The notes beneath the pieces are model-generated. The model had not been told where the DNA came from and ran no database searches. It worked only from the letters and a program-made list of their open reading frames with translations. The translations under genes and the position numbers were made by a program. DNA of 64,000 nucleotides, taken from the NCBI RefSeq assembly GCF_006345805.1, contig NC_043007.1:57598001-57662000 (forward strand), given 5' to 3'. The stretch is from Octopus sinensis. Its lineage: Eukaryota. Positions 26,330-41,563 of this stretch are shown one piece after another; within the stretch, counting starts at the first letter, position 1, and each line of letters begins with the position of its first letter.

Positions 26330-26598
26330 CTTTTGTCGAACCGCTAGATTGCAGGGGACGTAAAAGCACCAACGACGGTTGTAAAGCAGTGGTGGGGGAT
26401 AGCCATAAACATGCGCGCGCGCGAACACACACATACATATGTACAAGGCGGTCTTCTTTCAGTTTCGTCTACCAAATCCACACACAAAGCTTTGGTTAGA
26501 CCGAGGTTTAAGTAGAAGACACTTGCCCAAGTTGCCACGCAGTTGGACTGAATCTGGAACCATGTGGTTGGGAAGTATATTTCTTACCACATAGCCAG
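26330..26598 (-). mobile_element. SINE family B
   Basis: Reverse complement of the tRNA-like head (GGCTATGTGGTAAG...GATTCAGTCC) plus body. Confidence 0.85.
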
Positions 26599-26624
26599 TA
26601 TTGTGCCTGATGATAATAATAATT

Positions 26625-26770
26625 GCTTCAGATTTTTGGCACTGGAGCATCCCTTCCAGAGGGAAGGGGCAAGCCAATACTGCCGATCACAGGAATTGAC
26701 AGATATTTTATTTTATCGACCTCGAAAGGGATGGAAGATAAAGTTGAACTGAAAGAGTTTCAAAGAGCCG
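26625..26770 (-). mobile_element. SINE family A fragment
   Basis: TTTTATCGACCTCGAAAGGGATG..AAAGTTGAAC. Confidence 0.6.
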
Positions 26771-26819
26771 CAAGAATTATTCTGCTCACCGCCGACATAC
26801 AGACAGGAAGACATACAGG

Positions 26820-27255
<436 letters not shown>

Positions 27256-27734
27256 ACACCGAAAAAGAGAGAGTGGGGTATTGAAATTAGTAAAGAGCGA
27301 CAGAGAGGGAAGTGGGTGTGGGGGAGTCTTCTACGTGATAAATAAACTAAGCTAAGAGTGATGAAGCGTCTATTTCTCTACGGCTGAACGACTAAAGTAA
27401 AATTGTAGTAACACCAGGCACCAGATTGCAATCACCTTATGATCAACGCCCATTAACATTAAACCAAACAAACCTGATTCGCTCTCCTCTACGTTAGTCA
27501 CGTCAGTCACTCTTACTGATCTCTCTCTCTCTCTCTCTCTCTGTCTCTTCCTATGTCTCTCTTTCTTTCTCTCTCTTTCTCTTTCTCGTTTTATCTCTTT
27601 TTTTCTGATTACATTATTCTTTTTACTATTGCCCCCTCGTGTCCATTTCTCCATCTTCTCCCTGTATATATTTCATTCATTTGTTTGCAGGGCGGGTAGT
27701 ATAATCTATAACCGGCTTCCACTTTTCCGAACAT

Positions 27735-29130
<1,396 letters not shown>

Positions 29131-30131
29131 ATACATTCAAATATATGTAATATATATTATTATATAGACAGGTAATGGAAGAGTGAGTAGAGAGAGAAGA
29201 AGCATTCATGCGTATACGCGACGTATGTCTACGCTTGTATCCTTTTATATATGTACGTATTGAGAGACAACCCATCCCATATGTATACATGCACTACACA
29301 AACGTTTGTATACAAATATTTACCCAAACTGACACGTACAAGTAATGTCCGTCTCTTTCTCTCTCTCACTCTCTCTCTCTCTCTTTCACTCTCTTTTGTC
29401 TTCTCAGTTTCTTTCTGATTTATGTCATGTCTGCCTTTCCCTCGCTCCTCCTGAACTGGTCTCTTGTATTAGCAGCAACGCCTCACACTCCCCAAACCAT
29501 TCTCTCCTCAACGTCCATCCCTACTCTCCTCTCATCGTAAAGCTGCTGTAATAGATGCTGAAGAGAGAAAGTACACGCAGAACATGTACTTTGACGAATG
29601 TACATCCGGTCATTGCTCAAAATGAGTTGTCGTTCTTGCCGTTGCTCCTCCTTCTATAATTGATGTTGTTTTTCCTGTTATTGTTTACCTATAGTAATAG
29701 GCTTTCTAACCGTGACCAATCCATCTTGCTTTAATCTTTTGCAAGCGGTGATGGTGGTAGTAATTGTGGCTAGGATGGCGACAGAGAGCATTGCATATAT
29801 TTTGCCTTCTTTCTTTTCGAAACTATAGAACGTAATTTGGGGGCTTACTTGGCTGCTATTACTAGCAGTCTAAATAGCAGTCCCCATATAAACCATCTTG
29901 TTTGCTCGAGTTAATTGTGTCGTTGCTTTGGTTCTTATTCTTGGCATTGTTGTACTTGTTGCCGTTATTGTTTCCGTTCTGGCCAAATAAAGCCGAACTT
30001 CGAACTTCCTCAGGTGTGATTTAGTACCCTCTACTTTTTCATTTGACATACTTCCAAATCTTCGAACATACATACATACATACATACATACATACATACA
30101 TACATACATACATACATACATACATACATAC

Positions 30132-31922
30132 GTTGAAGTGCCTACATCTGGCAAAAGTACCTGCCACCCTAATTGCTATAGAGAGGCTCACAAAGACATA
30201 GACAACAATTCTCACCCTTCAAACTGAGAACAGAATAATTGTTTCAGGTACTATAAGCATTTCAAAAGGAATATTCCAGTGAGATTGCCTTTCTGTACTT
30301 CTTTTCATTTTGGCACTGAATCATTATCGTTTGTACAGCAGAAAACAAATGGTTAAATGCTACGATCTTCAACTGCTAGAAATATCAATGTAACTCATAA
30401 TTTCTTTGTAGACGACCTCAAGATTTATACAAAAAGTGTTAACAATGCCAAAAAAATAACTGGAATTAATAACATTTTCAGCTGATATAGGCATAGAATT
30501 TGGCCAAAAGAAATGTTTGGTTATAGAACGAAGCAAGTCAGTCCCCCAAACACCAAACCTAGACATAGATGAAAACGTATCATATGAAGGCACTGTGAAT
30601 AAAGATAGAGTGACCCGAGAATATTACACCAGAAAATATGGCAGTCGCAACTCTTCTCTTACAACAAAACAATATCCCACAATGCATTTCCAGTACCAGT
30701 GCTAATCCCAACATTTGGGACACTTGATTGGTCTGTAGAGGAAACCCACTCCATATATATCAAAATGCGCAAAATCCTGACAACAACTGGAAACTTCCAC
30801 AGAAATAGTAATGTTGACAGGCTCTACCTAAGAAGAAATGAAGTTGGTAGAGACCTGAGATCAGTGCAGACGGCCTTCGCATGCCGTATGGTATCACTCA
30901 GACAGCATCTGATGAACAACAGCAGCAAAAATAAATATATAAATGAAGTGTTGAAAAGTGAAGTGAGCAACATTGTATGAGATGGCAGTGAGGTCTTCAA
31001 GAAGCACTCTTCCTGATGATCTCCTATACAGCCCCAAAACAGCTGGGCGCTCTGACCTCAGAGAAGACCTGGAAGTAAAGTACTCAGCATACAAAAAAAA
31101 AACGACTATGCATGGGTATGTTACCCGGAAGCTTGAAGAAAACAGTAAAACTGACACAAAATGCAACCTTTCTCGGACACAAGACCACTACATCACATCA
31201 CTCTTTGAAGGCCATGCGTTTGCCATCCAGGAACAGGAGATTGCCACAAAGAATCTGGTGAACAAGAGAGACAGAGAAACCGCTTGTGTAGGCTATGTCA
31301 TGTTTCTGTGGAAGACCTCACACATGTGATTAGCAGCTGTCCTAAAATGTTATCACGGTACTACCACCCTATGCGGCACGGTGTTGTTACTAAAGCAAAT
31401 TACAATGCCATCAGCAAAAAATACTGTCCTGAAATAAACTTAGGCAACCCCTCTGTTGTGGAATACATTCATAAACGCTATCTCAAAGAATAGTGGTGGT
31501 ATATTTTCATCAAAACCTCTGTCAAATGTAAACATAACAGGTCGGATAAGTTATTTCGGACAGAGGAGCAAAGGTATGTACAGCCATAGGGGTCAGCTGA
31601 TCAAATCAAAAGAGGATATCTATGGACAACTGCTTCGAAACCTCCAGCTTATATATCCAGACAATGAATTCATATTCATACCAATAATGATTGGAGCACT
31701 AGATTTTGTTAGTAAATGCTTAAAGGAGAATTTGGATAAACTGGGATTTTCAGAAAGAGAGATTGACCGGCTAATTCGTACATTACAAGTGCAATCTGTG
31801 AGTGGAACAGTAATGTGAATTTGTCTGTGTTAACTACATCCCAAAGATGGAGCCTTGTATCTTTGTTGGAAACCAGCTCCCTCCTCAGTGGAAGACTTAT
31901 AATAATTAAAAAATAGAAGAGA
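30132..31922 (+). mobile_element. 5'-truncated R4/Dong-clade retrotransposon (RT to RLE and 3' UTR) flanked by (CATA)n on both sides
   Basis: ISISKGIFQ*DCLSVLLFILALN (RGIFQGDSLSPLLF), HNFFVDDLKIY, DIGIEFGQKKC, DRLYLRRNEVGRDL, FAIQEQEIAT, CRLC..EDLTHVISSC..RH, KHNRSD, FIPIMIGAL; many frameshifts. (CATA)n at 30067-30131 and 31923-31993. Confidence 0.9.
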
Positions 31923-31993
31923 CATACATACATACATACATACATACATACATACATACATACATACATACATACATACATACATACATACAT

Positions 31994-32087
31994 TCCCTAC
32001 TGAAGTTAAAATTCCAATGAAGGAGTCTTGGATCTTAGTTAGAAAACGACTCTATCTCTATTGGCATGAAATCTTGAAATATATAAA
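31994..32087 (+). mobile_element. ~95-bp 3'-terminal fragment of the (CATA)n-associated R4 lineage
   Basis: 58/76 ungapped identity to the 3' end of the 54994-55767 copy; (CATA)n on both sides. Confidence 0.75.
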
Positions 32088-32491
32088 TACATACATACAT
32101 GCATGCATACATACATACATACATACATACATGCATGCATGCATACATACATACATGCATACATGTATACATACATACATGCATGCATGCATACATACAT
32201 ACATACATACATACATACATACATACATACATACATACATACATACATACATACATACATGCACACATACATACATATATACACGCGCATACGCACAAAG
32301 ACTCTACATCGTGCTCTGAGAGTGAACAAACCACTACAATCCACTCAGTCGAAAGGGAGTACCAACACCAGTTGAAGTTAACCTTGCAACAGACTGGTGT
32401 CCCATTCAGTAGTGGAGATAATTTTACTCTCGTTCCCTGTCACGCCATGAAAAGAGGCATAATTTATGGTCTAATGATGAGCTTAGGTCTT

Positions 32492-32830
32492 TGACAGATC
32501 CAAGATCTACTTTTGAGGTTAATAAAATAAGTACCAGTTGATTACTGGGGTCGATGTAATCGACTAGCCTACCCCTCTCCCAAATTTCAGGTCTTGTGCC
32601 TATAGTAGAAAAGGTTATTTATACTAACGTAAGGTGGCGAGCTGGTAGAATCGTTAGCACGCTTGACAAAATACTTAGTAATATTTCGTCTGTCTTAACG
32701 TTCTGAGTTCAAATTCCACCCAGGTTGACTTTGCCTTTCATTCTTTCGGAGTCGATAAAATAAAATACTAGTTGATTACTGGGATTGATGCAATCAAATA
32801 ACGCCCTCCTCTAAAATTGCTGGCCTTTTA
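32492..32830 (+). mobile_element. Two tandem SINE family A copies
   Basis: 3' half at ~32492-32615; near-complete copy at ~32631-32830 (GGTGGCGAGCTGGTAGAATCGTTAGCACG...). Confidence 0.85.
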
Positions 32831-33009
32831 TATTTGATTAATTGAGAGTGTGTTAATCAAGGTGGCCACCTTTGGTTTGGAGACATGAATAACTCAGAAA
32901 AACTTTAAGAACCAAAGTTTCCAGAAAATAGATGTATCAGTATTGATGTGTTTCCGTGATGTCTTAATCACTATTTGTCCAATCGTCTTCTAGCTTAGTT
33001 CAGAAATAG

Positions 33010-33172
33010 TGATTTCCAATTTAGACACAAGGCCAAAAATTTCAGGGTGCTAGGTAAGACAATTATATTGACCTCAGTGTTCAACTGGTACTTATTTCAT
33101 CGACCCCAAAATGATGAAAAGCAAAGTCGACCACGGCGGAATTTGAACTCAGAATGTAGACGGACGAAATGC
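33010..33172 (-). mobile_element. SINE family A, 5'-truncated
   Basis: GGCAAAGTCGAC..GGCGGAATTTGAACTCAGAATGTAGACGGACGAAATGCC. Confidence 0.85.
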
Positions 33173-34333
33173 CAGTTCTTTTTCGTTAGTAATAACAATA
33201 ACACTTTCCTACAAGATCTCAAAATAATGGATATGGAAGTGTAATCGATTAAGTAAACTCGTCAAAGTTACCAAATAGCGCTAGTAGAAATACCACACAC
33301 AAGCTCAGAAATATTAACTGAAGGTGATTGGAGATAGTGCTAATGAAAAAACACGAGAAAATACTCTGGAAAAGAATGGATCAATAAAAATATTTGTTGG
33401 AGCAGCAAAGTCTCGGTTAAGGCCTTTCTTCAGGCTTGTGTTGAAATAATAAATTATATTCAACACATTGTAACAAAATGAAGCGTTGGATTATTTCGTT
33501 GGACGATAAGATAAGAAATTAGTACTATTGTTGGTATTTCGCATCAGGTCGCTCCCTTTTGTTTTTGAAGCAGTGTATTTAGCTTAAAATTATCCAAACT
33601 TTCTTTCTTTTTCTTAAGCTTGTTGGGATGGGACGGATTTTAAGGAAGATTCAATTGCTACTTTTAGCACATCATATCCCTATACGGGTGTTCCTCAATA
33701 GTTTGCTAAGATCCACTGTTATCAGTTCAGTGAATTCTTTGCTGTTACGTATAGTGAGAATTAACCATCATCTACTCAGGCAGCATCAATAACAGAGAGA
33801 GTGGGAGAGCGAAAAAATGAGAAAGGGATGGAAACAGAAAGGAGAGGAGGTGAAGGTGAAATGGATGGGAGGAGAGAGACTGGAGAGAAGGATGATGTTT
33901 AATGTGAAGACCCAAGGGAGAAATGAAGCATAAATCAAGGTCAAATTTGCTGATCGGTTCGCAATCGTCGTCGATTGAAAGAAAGAATAAAAGGTGAGTG
34001 TGGGATGGGTCACTATTTAATTAGTCAATTGATTGTTGTAAAGACCATCTGTACTGGAGTGAATCAACGCGTTAGGAGGAGGTAGAGAAGGAGGAGGAGG
34101 AGGTAATAATGTGCTAACATACTCGTGATTCATTTTTTTTTACTTTTTCTAAATATCCGTTTACTAACTTTCTGTCTTTTGTTTTTCTGGTTATCTTTCT
34201 CTTATATCCTTTCCCTTTCCGTTTTGCCTTTGTTTTTCTTTTCTCCCTTTCTCTCGTTGTTATTATCTCTACTAGTTTTTTCTTTCCGAGTCTTCATTTT
34301 TTCCCGTTTTTTAATCTATTTTTTCGGTACATT

Positions 34334-34377
<44 letters not shown>

Positions 34378-34626
34378 CACACATTTTCTCTCTTCAGGAT
34401 ATTATTTCGTGGTCTGCATCGATTACTAACATCATTGTTATTCTTATGAGAACGGTGGATTTAGAATCATTAAGGCACTCAAACAAACTATCTTGTGTGG
34501 TATTTCTACTAGCGCTCTTTGGTAACTTTGACGAGTTTACTTAATCGATTACACTTCCATATCCATTATTTTGAGATCTTGTAGGAAAGTGTTATTGTTA
34601 TTACTAACGAAAAAGAACTGACATTT
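33167..34626. repeat. 133-bp inverted repeat pair (33167-33299 / 34494-34626), 2 mismatches, ~1.2-kb spacer
   Basis: Direct reverse-complement comparison. Confidence 0.95.
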
Positions 34627-35555
34627 TTTTTTTTAGTAACAACAAATCTAATTACTAATATTAATGAAAGCTACAGATCGAACGTTAGACTTCACAAAAG
34701 TTCCAGGAGTTGTTCTTCATTGTCCTCCATATTACAAAACTAATTTGTGTGTGTGCATATGCGTAGGACCACTGCTGTGCGGATGATGCCTATTGAGGTA
34801 GAAACCCATGTCAACAGCTGTCCTCTTGTCTCCACACAATCAAACTGTCTTTTCTCTTAATGGCATATCAACTTTCCAAACTTGAAATTTACTATTCTTA
34901 TTTGCAGTTGATTCCAGCTGCCACAAGACGATTGTTCTATTCTCTTTAGAAGCGAAGACAATTTCAAGCGGAGATGATTTGTCTCCTATTCGTCTTTGTT
35001 GTTCAAAAACATACAACTTTTTTGTTTTATTTTATTTATTTATTTTTGTTACTTGCCAGGGAATACAATATAAGTACGCATATCTTAACGTTGAACAGAT
35101 GCAAGTAATTCAGTAGATTGCACAAATGAACGATGATATATATATATATGCATGTATGAATGCATGCATGTATGTATGTATGTATGTATGTATGTATGTA
35201 TGTATGTATGTATGTATGTATGTATGTGTGTTTGTACATGTACATTCAATTGCGAATTAAAAGCAAGCAGCGCTAGTAGTATATTATCGACCGCACATAC
35301 TCAATGTGTTTTGCTTGTTCGCTGTTGCTTAGTGCTTTACGGTGGGGTGGGAGACGACTCCATCATAGCACTGGGTGTTAGAACACCTGGAAGTCATAGA
35401 AAGGCGAGACAAGACGAGACAACTTGCCTCCAGTTCCATCCAGGAGCAATGGATATGGATATTTCGCACTTTTGTGACTTACCAACATCACGTACCTGAA
35501 TCGAATTGGAGGCGAACTAAATCGCCAGTCTATGACAACACACACACACACACAC

Positions 35556-35626
<71 letters not shown>

Positions 35627-35629
35627 GTT

Positions 35630-35775
35630 GGAATTTACAAAAAAGCAAATTACGAAGTTAGGTGTATAAACAACAAACAGGTGTATTAGTTTAACGCTCG
35701 GGAAGATGAGAAAGTCTTTTACGTTTCGAGCCTACGCTCTTCAACAGAAAGGAACACGATAAAATAGAGAGAGAG
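35630..35775 (-). mobile_element. PLE terminal-repeat-like fragment with degenerate hammerhead-like motif
   Basis: Minus strand TTGAAGAGCGTAGGCTCGAAACGTA (35744-35720) beside a (TA)n; stem I pairing is poor. Confidence 0.45.
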
Positions 35776-36159
35776 AGAATATATATATATAATATGCACA
35801 ACACGTTATGTACAATATAACAGAAATAAAAGAACTGAAATAAATCAAAATTTTTATGTTAGAAAGCCTTGTTCAGAGTATGTTGCATAGAAAGAATTCT
35901 TTCTATGCCACCATATTCTGCTTATGCAGGATAAAGGGAAATAGTAAGTAATGTGCGCGTGCATGTCTGTCTGTGTGTGCAAGCGCATAAATATGTATGA
36001 GTGTGTATGTGTGTGTATGTGTGTCAGCGTGTGCGTCGGTATGTGTGTGTCTGTCTGTTTGTGTGCGTATGTGTACAGTTTGCATAAAAGGAAAAGAAAA
36101 CAATATTTCATCGAAGGATGAAAGTATTTTTAAAAGATAAAAGTAATAGCAACTATTTT

Positions 36160-36940
36160 ATGGCTGGTAGGTAACTGTTTACTCAAAGTAGCCGCCCTCA
36201 CCTTCCACCACGGCTCGAAGACGGTTCCAGAACCTGTTGCATGCGTTCCTCACTGTGTCCCTGGGAAGATATTCGAACACCACCTTGATCTTGGCCATCA
36301 GCTCGACCGTGGTGCTGCAATCAGAGCAGTTCGTCTCTTTTTCTACCGTACTCTACGCATAGGAATCCATGGAGTTACTATCGGAAACCATACGTTGGGC
36401 AGATGAAACCGAAGAAATCCTCTGAGAACCGTTTTTGACGCTTTCTGGAGATATGACAAGGAGCGGAATCCTACTACCACATATATGGCCTTCCAGTAGC
36501 AATCCTCTCCAGCCAGAGTTTGACGACGGTCTCTAGCAGCTTCACGTATCCACCTGAATTGAGCCTAAGAAACTGTTCAAAGGTGTGGAGATGATTTTCG
36601 GTTTCTGGACTCAGTCAGGAAGCCTACTGTATCCCATTCTGTTGGTCACAGCTTCGTGCTCTCCGCTGCAACTGTCGGTGTCACATCGTACAGCCTTTAC
36701 AATATTCACAGATCATTGCGCAACAGTTATGATGTCAGCATTTTGATATCCAGCGTGAATTATCATGATAATCACTTTCAATATTCAGAGGGCTTCTAGT
36801 CCACCATGTCAGTAGACATTTTTTCAACTACAACTTTAACCATTATGCTCTCCAAGGCCGTTGACTGATCACTAATACGTCATGCAGTTTCTGAAAAAAA
36901 GGGAAACATGAAAATCGTCAAATGTATCCCGAACACCATT
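36160..36940 (-). mobile_element. maT (DD37D, Tc1/mariner superfamily) internally deleted derivative
   Basis: LRLNSGGYVKLL..GRPYMW*QDSAPCH...RAVVEGEGGYFE* (stop at 36179-36181); N-terminal ATG at 36807; multiple frameshifts. Confidence 0.8.
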
Positions 36941-37411
36941 GTGTGTGTGTGAGATTGTGTGTGTATGTGTATGTGTGTGTCCGTGTGTCCGTGTGTCCGT
37001 GTCCGTATGTCCGTGTCCGTGTGTGTGTGTGTGTAACTGATTCAGGAATACATCGAAATATCTTGATAGAAAGGCAATCATTGGTTTAGAATTCAAACGT
37101 TGAACATATTTTGGCGTCACGTCACCCAACAAGATCTGCCCATGTCCGTGTCGAACCAGCGGTTTTTAAAGCCAACAGTTACGCCTGCCCGCTGTCTTCT
37201 CCCACTCAGTTCAAAGGAACTCTAATGTGGGAAAAATCCCATTTCCTCTAGCTCCAGTAACTATTTCCTTTCACATAAAATTCAGGAAATCTCATTAAAA
37301 AAACCCCGTAATTTTGAAACATTATTTTATTCACAACGTCAATGCTGATAAATCTTAATTAAATGTATATCTATCATAATATACTTTAAAAATCAATATT
37401 AGCTAATGGAA

Positions 37412-37619
37412 TAAGGCGGTGAGCTGGCTGAAACGTTAGTAGGCCGGACAAAATGCTTCGCGGCATTTCGCTCGTCTTTATGGTCAGTGTTCAAAATTCT
37501 GTCGATGTTGACCTTGCCTCACATTCTTTTGGGATCGATAAAATAAGTACCAGTTTGAGCATATGCAATCGACTTAGCCCTCTCCTGAAATTGCTGGCCT
37601 TATGCCAAAATTTGAAACC
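37412..37619 (+). mobile_element. SINE family A, full length
   Basis: GGCGGTGAGCTGGCTGAAACGTTAG...GCCAAAATTTGAAACC. Confidence 0.9.
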
Positions 37620-38084
37620 AATATTAACTAATGAAAACAGAATCTAATCAGCATGTACGACTACTGGATCGTAATATGGTCTTCTACTGTACTTTTAACA
37701 GTCATGGCTAGTGAAGTCATGGCTATGGAAGTACTAAACTTCATATGTGGCAACTCTCAAGCCAAAGAAAGACTTTCAATTTCACAGTACAAGTACCAGG
37801 AACAGTTTAACACCTTGAGCTGTCACAGGGCTGAACTCCATCCTCATTATCGTTTATTGGAATGATCAATATGGATGTACAAATGTTTGTGTCACAATAT
37901 AATCGTGGCCTTTTTTGCCATTATAAGATAGCTGTATATATGCATTATTGTGTGTAACGCTGACAAAGTATTACTCCACAGATACGCTGCTAAATGGTCG
38001 CCAGAATGCGGCTGTAGGATATATATTTTTACCGTTGTATATTTTACTGCATGTTGTATCTTTTTATCTTTATCTTTAATCTTT

Positions 38085-38535
38085 TACTTGTTTCAGTCAT
38101 TGGACGGTAACCATACTAGTTTTTAAGTCTGGTTCTTATAATACTGGTCCCGTTTTGTCGAACAGCCAAATAAACGAGAACACAAAAAAAACTAACACTG
38201 CTTTCAAGCGGTGGAAGATGGCACCAACACGACACAAACACTCACATACTTACATATATACATACACACACACACATACATACATACATACATACATACA
38301 TACATACATACATACATACATACATACATACATACATACATACATACATACATACATACATACATGCACACATACACATATACACGATTGGCTTTTTTCA
38401 TTTCCGTCTACCATATTCACTCACCAGGCTTTGGTCGACCCGGGACTGTAGTAGAGAATACTTGCTCAATGAGACTGAATGCACAGTGAGACGGAACCGA
38501 AGACCACATGATTGCGAAGCAAGCTTCTCACACAC
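38085..38535 (-). mobile_element. SINE family B with internal (CATA)n
   Basis: Head, body and tail homologous to 54271-54679. Confidence 0.8.
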
Positions 38536-38866
38536 AGAGTTCCGCCTTCTCCTATACGTACTTTTACTTTGCAGCTCGTCCTGCTAAGTCCTTTTCGTTC
38601 TACTTGTAAAAATATACTGATAAATAAACTGTATTGAATCCAATGCAGAAATATTAGTTTTTCAGTGACAGGGTAAATGTCAAAACAGTTAATGTTCTTC
38701 CATCACGGTATACCATAACCCTCATGCGATAATTGTCGTCTGATGAGTTTGGGTATTCGGCACCATATCCTGATATACTGCTTCGCGGTTCATATAAACC
38801 GAGGAATATAAACGCGCTCATAAAAACTAGCATTTATATGCGCGCACATAATCACATAAACACACT

Positions 38867-38898
<32 letters not shown>

Positions 38899-39049
38899 TG
38901 TGTATGTATGTATGTATGTATGTATGTATGTATGTATGTATCCATCTATTTATCTATCTACCTATACACATGCATACACACACACACATACATAAGGCGA
39001 GAGGGAGATTGAGAGAATACATACGTTCTTTTTTTCTGGTCTGTTACTC

Positions 39050-39200
39050 TTTAGCTGCTTCATTTATTGGGGTACGGCCATTGTGGAGCACTGCCCTCAC
39101 AAGTTTAGTGCAAATCGACCATTGTACTTATTTTCATGTCAAGTACATATTGCATAGGGATGTTTTCGTTTAACCGCTAAGTAGAGTACATAAACAAACC
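39050..39200 (-). mobile_element. SINE family B, 3' part
   Basis: GGCCATTGTGGAGCACTGCC...AACCGCTAAGT. Confidence 0.6.
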
Positions 39201-39255
39201 AGTAGCGGTTTTCAAGCGATAGGATAGGCAAGGAAAAGCAGGAAGACGCATTCAA

Positions 39256-39288
<33 letters not shown>

Positions 39289-39395
39289 TTCATACGTACA
39301 TACGTATAGGCACACACATACGTGTGTGTGTGTGTACATATGCATATATATAGATTTATATATGCATGCACACACACACATATATATATATATAC

Positions 39396-39426
<31 letters not shown>

Positions 39427-39955
39427 TGTATTCCCAAGTAAATTTAACTTTTTGTGCGCCTCACTACACTGTACTGTTTTCCTCCTCTTGTCTTTGCTTT
39501 CCTTCCTCCAACCTTCTCTAATTCCCTTTCTTCACCCCTCCTTCACCGTTTTCTGTCTGTCTCTCTCCCTCCCCTCGTTCCCTTTCTCTCTCTCTCTCTC
39601 ACTCTCGCTGATCATACGTGACCGTTGTCCATCTTTCTTTTCCTCACGTGACTATCTTTCTTTTCCTGCTCGGACGTCTAAATGACTGGATGTTTTATTC
39701 TCTCTCCTCTATCTTTCTCTTTAAAAAAAAATGTCTCTCCCAGCGTTCACTATTCGCCTTTCCTTCCGGTCTAACGACCCCCCGTGTCTGTTTTCGATTG
39801 GTTTCCTTGTTTGTCTCCATTGTTATTATTTTTTTTTGTTCCCAACTTTGACCCTTCACAAATCCTAAATTTTATTTTAGAATTTATGGGAGCTAAGGTC
39901 TTTGAAAACTCATATTGTCGTCTGAATGCTCGAAATAAGGCGTAGATAGACAGCT

Positions 39956-40012
<57 letters not shown>

Positions 40013-40480
40013 GCAATTTCATTATTTCATTCGGTTATTTATCCTGGAGTTTACACAATTAAGTTCATCCACTGGTACAGGCTATCAGACAATCTGTAAT
40101 CCGGAGATTGTTCATTTTAGCAAACATATGTCTGAAAATACCCAAATATTCGTAGAGTTTTGCAATTACAAACAACGAGAATGAAATGTCATTTTACCAC
40201 ATTCATTTACAATTGTTTCATCAGATTTTCAGGTCATCAGTTTTCTATACCATGCAGTAATATATGCAACTATTGATTTTTGAGGCTTCATAGAAATGTC
40301 ATATACCTAATCAGATACATCAGAATTACGAATTAAATTCCTTTATAAATATATATGTATCTATGAGTGTATGTGCTTATGCATGTATCTATGTGTGTGT
40401 GTATGTATGTATGTATGTATGCATGTATGCATGTATGTATGTATGTATGTATGTATGTATGTATGTATGTATGTATGTAT

Positions 40481-40674
40481 GGTTTATATATAGGACAGTT
40501 TCCGCCAACTAAATCAACTTTGAAAGCATTGGTTGGCGCGGGGTTATAGAAGACACTTCTCTGAGGTGCTGGGCAATGGGACGGAACACGAAATGATGTG
40601 GTTGCGTGAATGTCCCACCCGACATCATCCTTTTACGTCTCTATACCTTTCAGTTTATCTTCTAACCTCAAACA

Positions 40675-40752
<78 letters not shown>

Positions 40753-41231
40753 AGTAGTAGTAGTAGTAGGAGTAGTAGTAGTAGCTGTGGTAAACACCGC
40801 CGCATGCAAAAGATCGTCTTCTGAATTTTAGTCCGGGTATCGCTTATTAAATCAAGACTGAAAGGATTAAGGAATGAATGGACATATACACGAATGTATA
40901 TACAAAGGTGTGTATATATGTATGTATGCATGATTTTATGTATGTATGTATGTATGTATGTATGTATGTATGTATGAATGTGTGTATGTATGTATGTATG
41001 TAGTATGTATGTATGTATGTTGTATGTATGTATGTATGGTTTATATATAGGACAGTTTCCGCCAACTAAATCAACTTTGAAAGCATTGGTTGGCGCGGGG
41101 TTATAGAAGACACTTCTCTGAGGTGCTGGGCAATGGGACGGAACACGAAATGATGTGGTTGCGTGAATGTCCCACCCGACATCATCCTTTTACGTCTCTA
41201 TACCTTTCAGTTTATCTTCTAACCTCAAACA

Positions 41232-41312
<81 letters not shown>

Positions 41313-41563
41313 GAGTAGTAGTAGGAGTAGTAGTAGTAGCTGTGGTAAACACCGCCGCATGCAAAAGATCGTCTTCTGAATTTTAGTCCGGGTATCGCTT
41401 ATTAAATCAAGACTGAAAGGATTAAGGAATGAATGGACATATACACGAATGTATATACAAAGGTGTGTATATATGTATGTATGCATGATTTTATGTATGT
41501 ATGTATGTATGTATGTATGTATGTATGTATGTATGAATGTGTGTATGTATGTATGTATGTATG
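40481..41563. repeat. Tandem duplication, 557-bp period, two copies
   Basis: 40481 aligns with 41038; unique portions look identical, differences are confined to the microsatellites; each unit carries a SINE B head. Confidence 0.95.

Noticed and set aside
27370-27510. Non-repetitive island with ATTGCAAT and TGACGT-like motifs
   Set aside because: Short transcription-factor-like words alone cannot support a regulatory call without conservation or chromatin data.
34880-35110. Good-looking 3' splice site (TTCTTATTTGCAG) as a possible host exon
   Set aside because: No recognisable peptide or convincing donor site; such motifs are common in AT-rich DNA.
38735-38780. CTGATGAG motif
   Set aside because: No downstream GAAA or stems.
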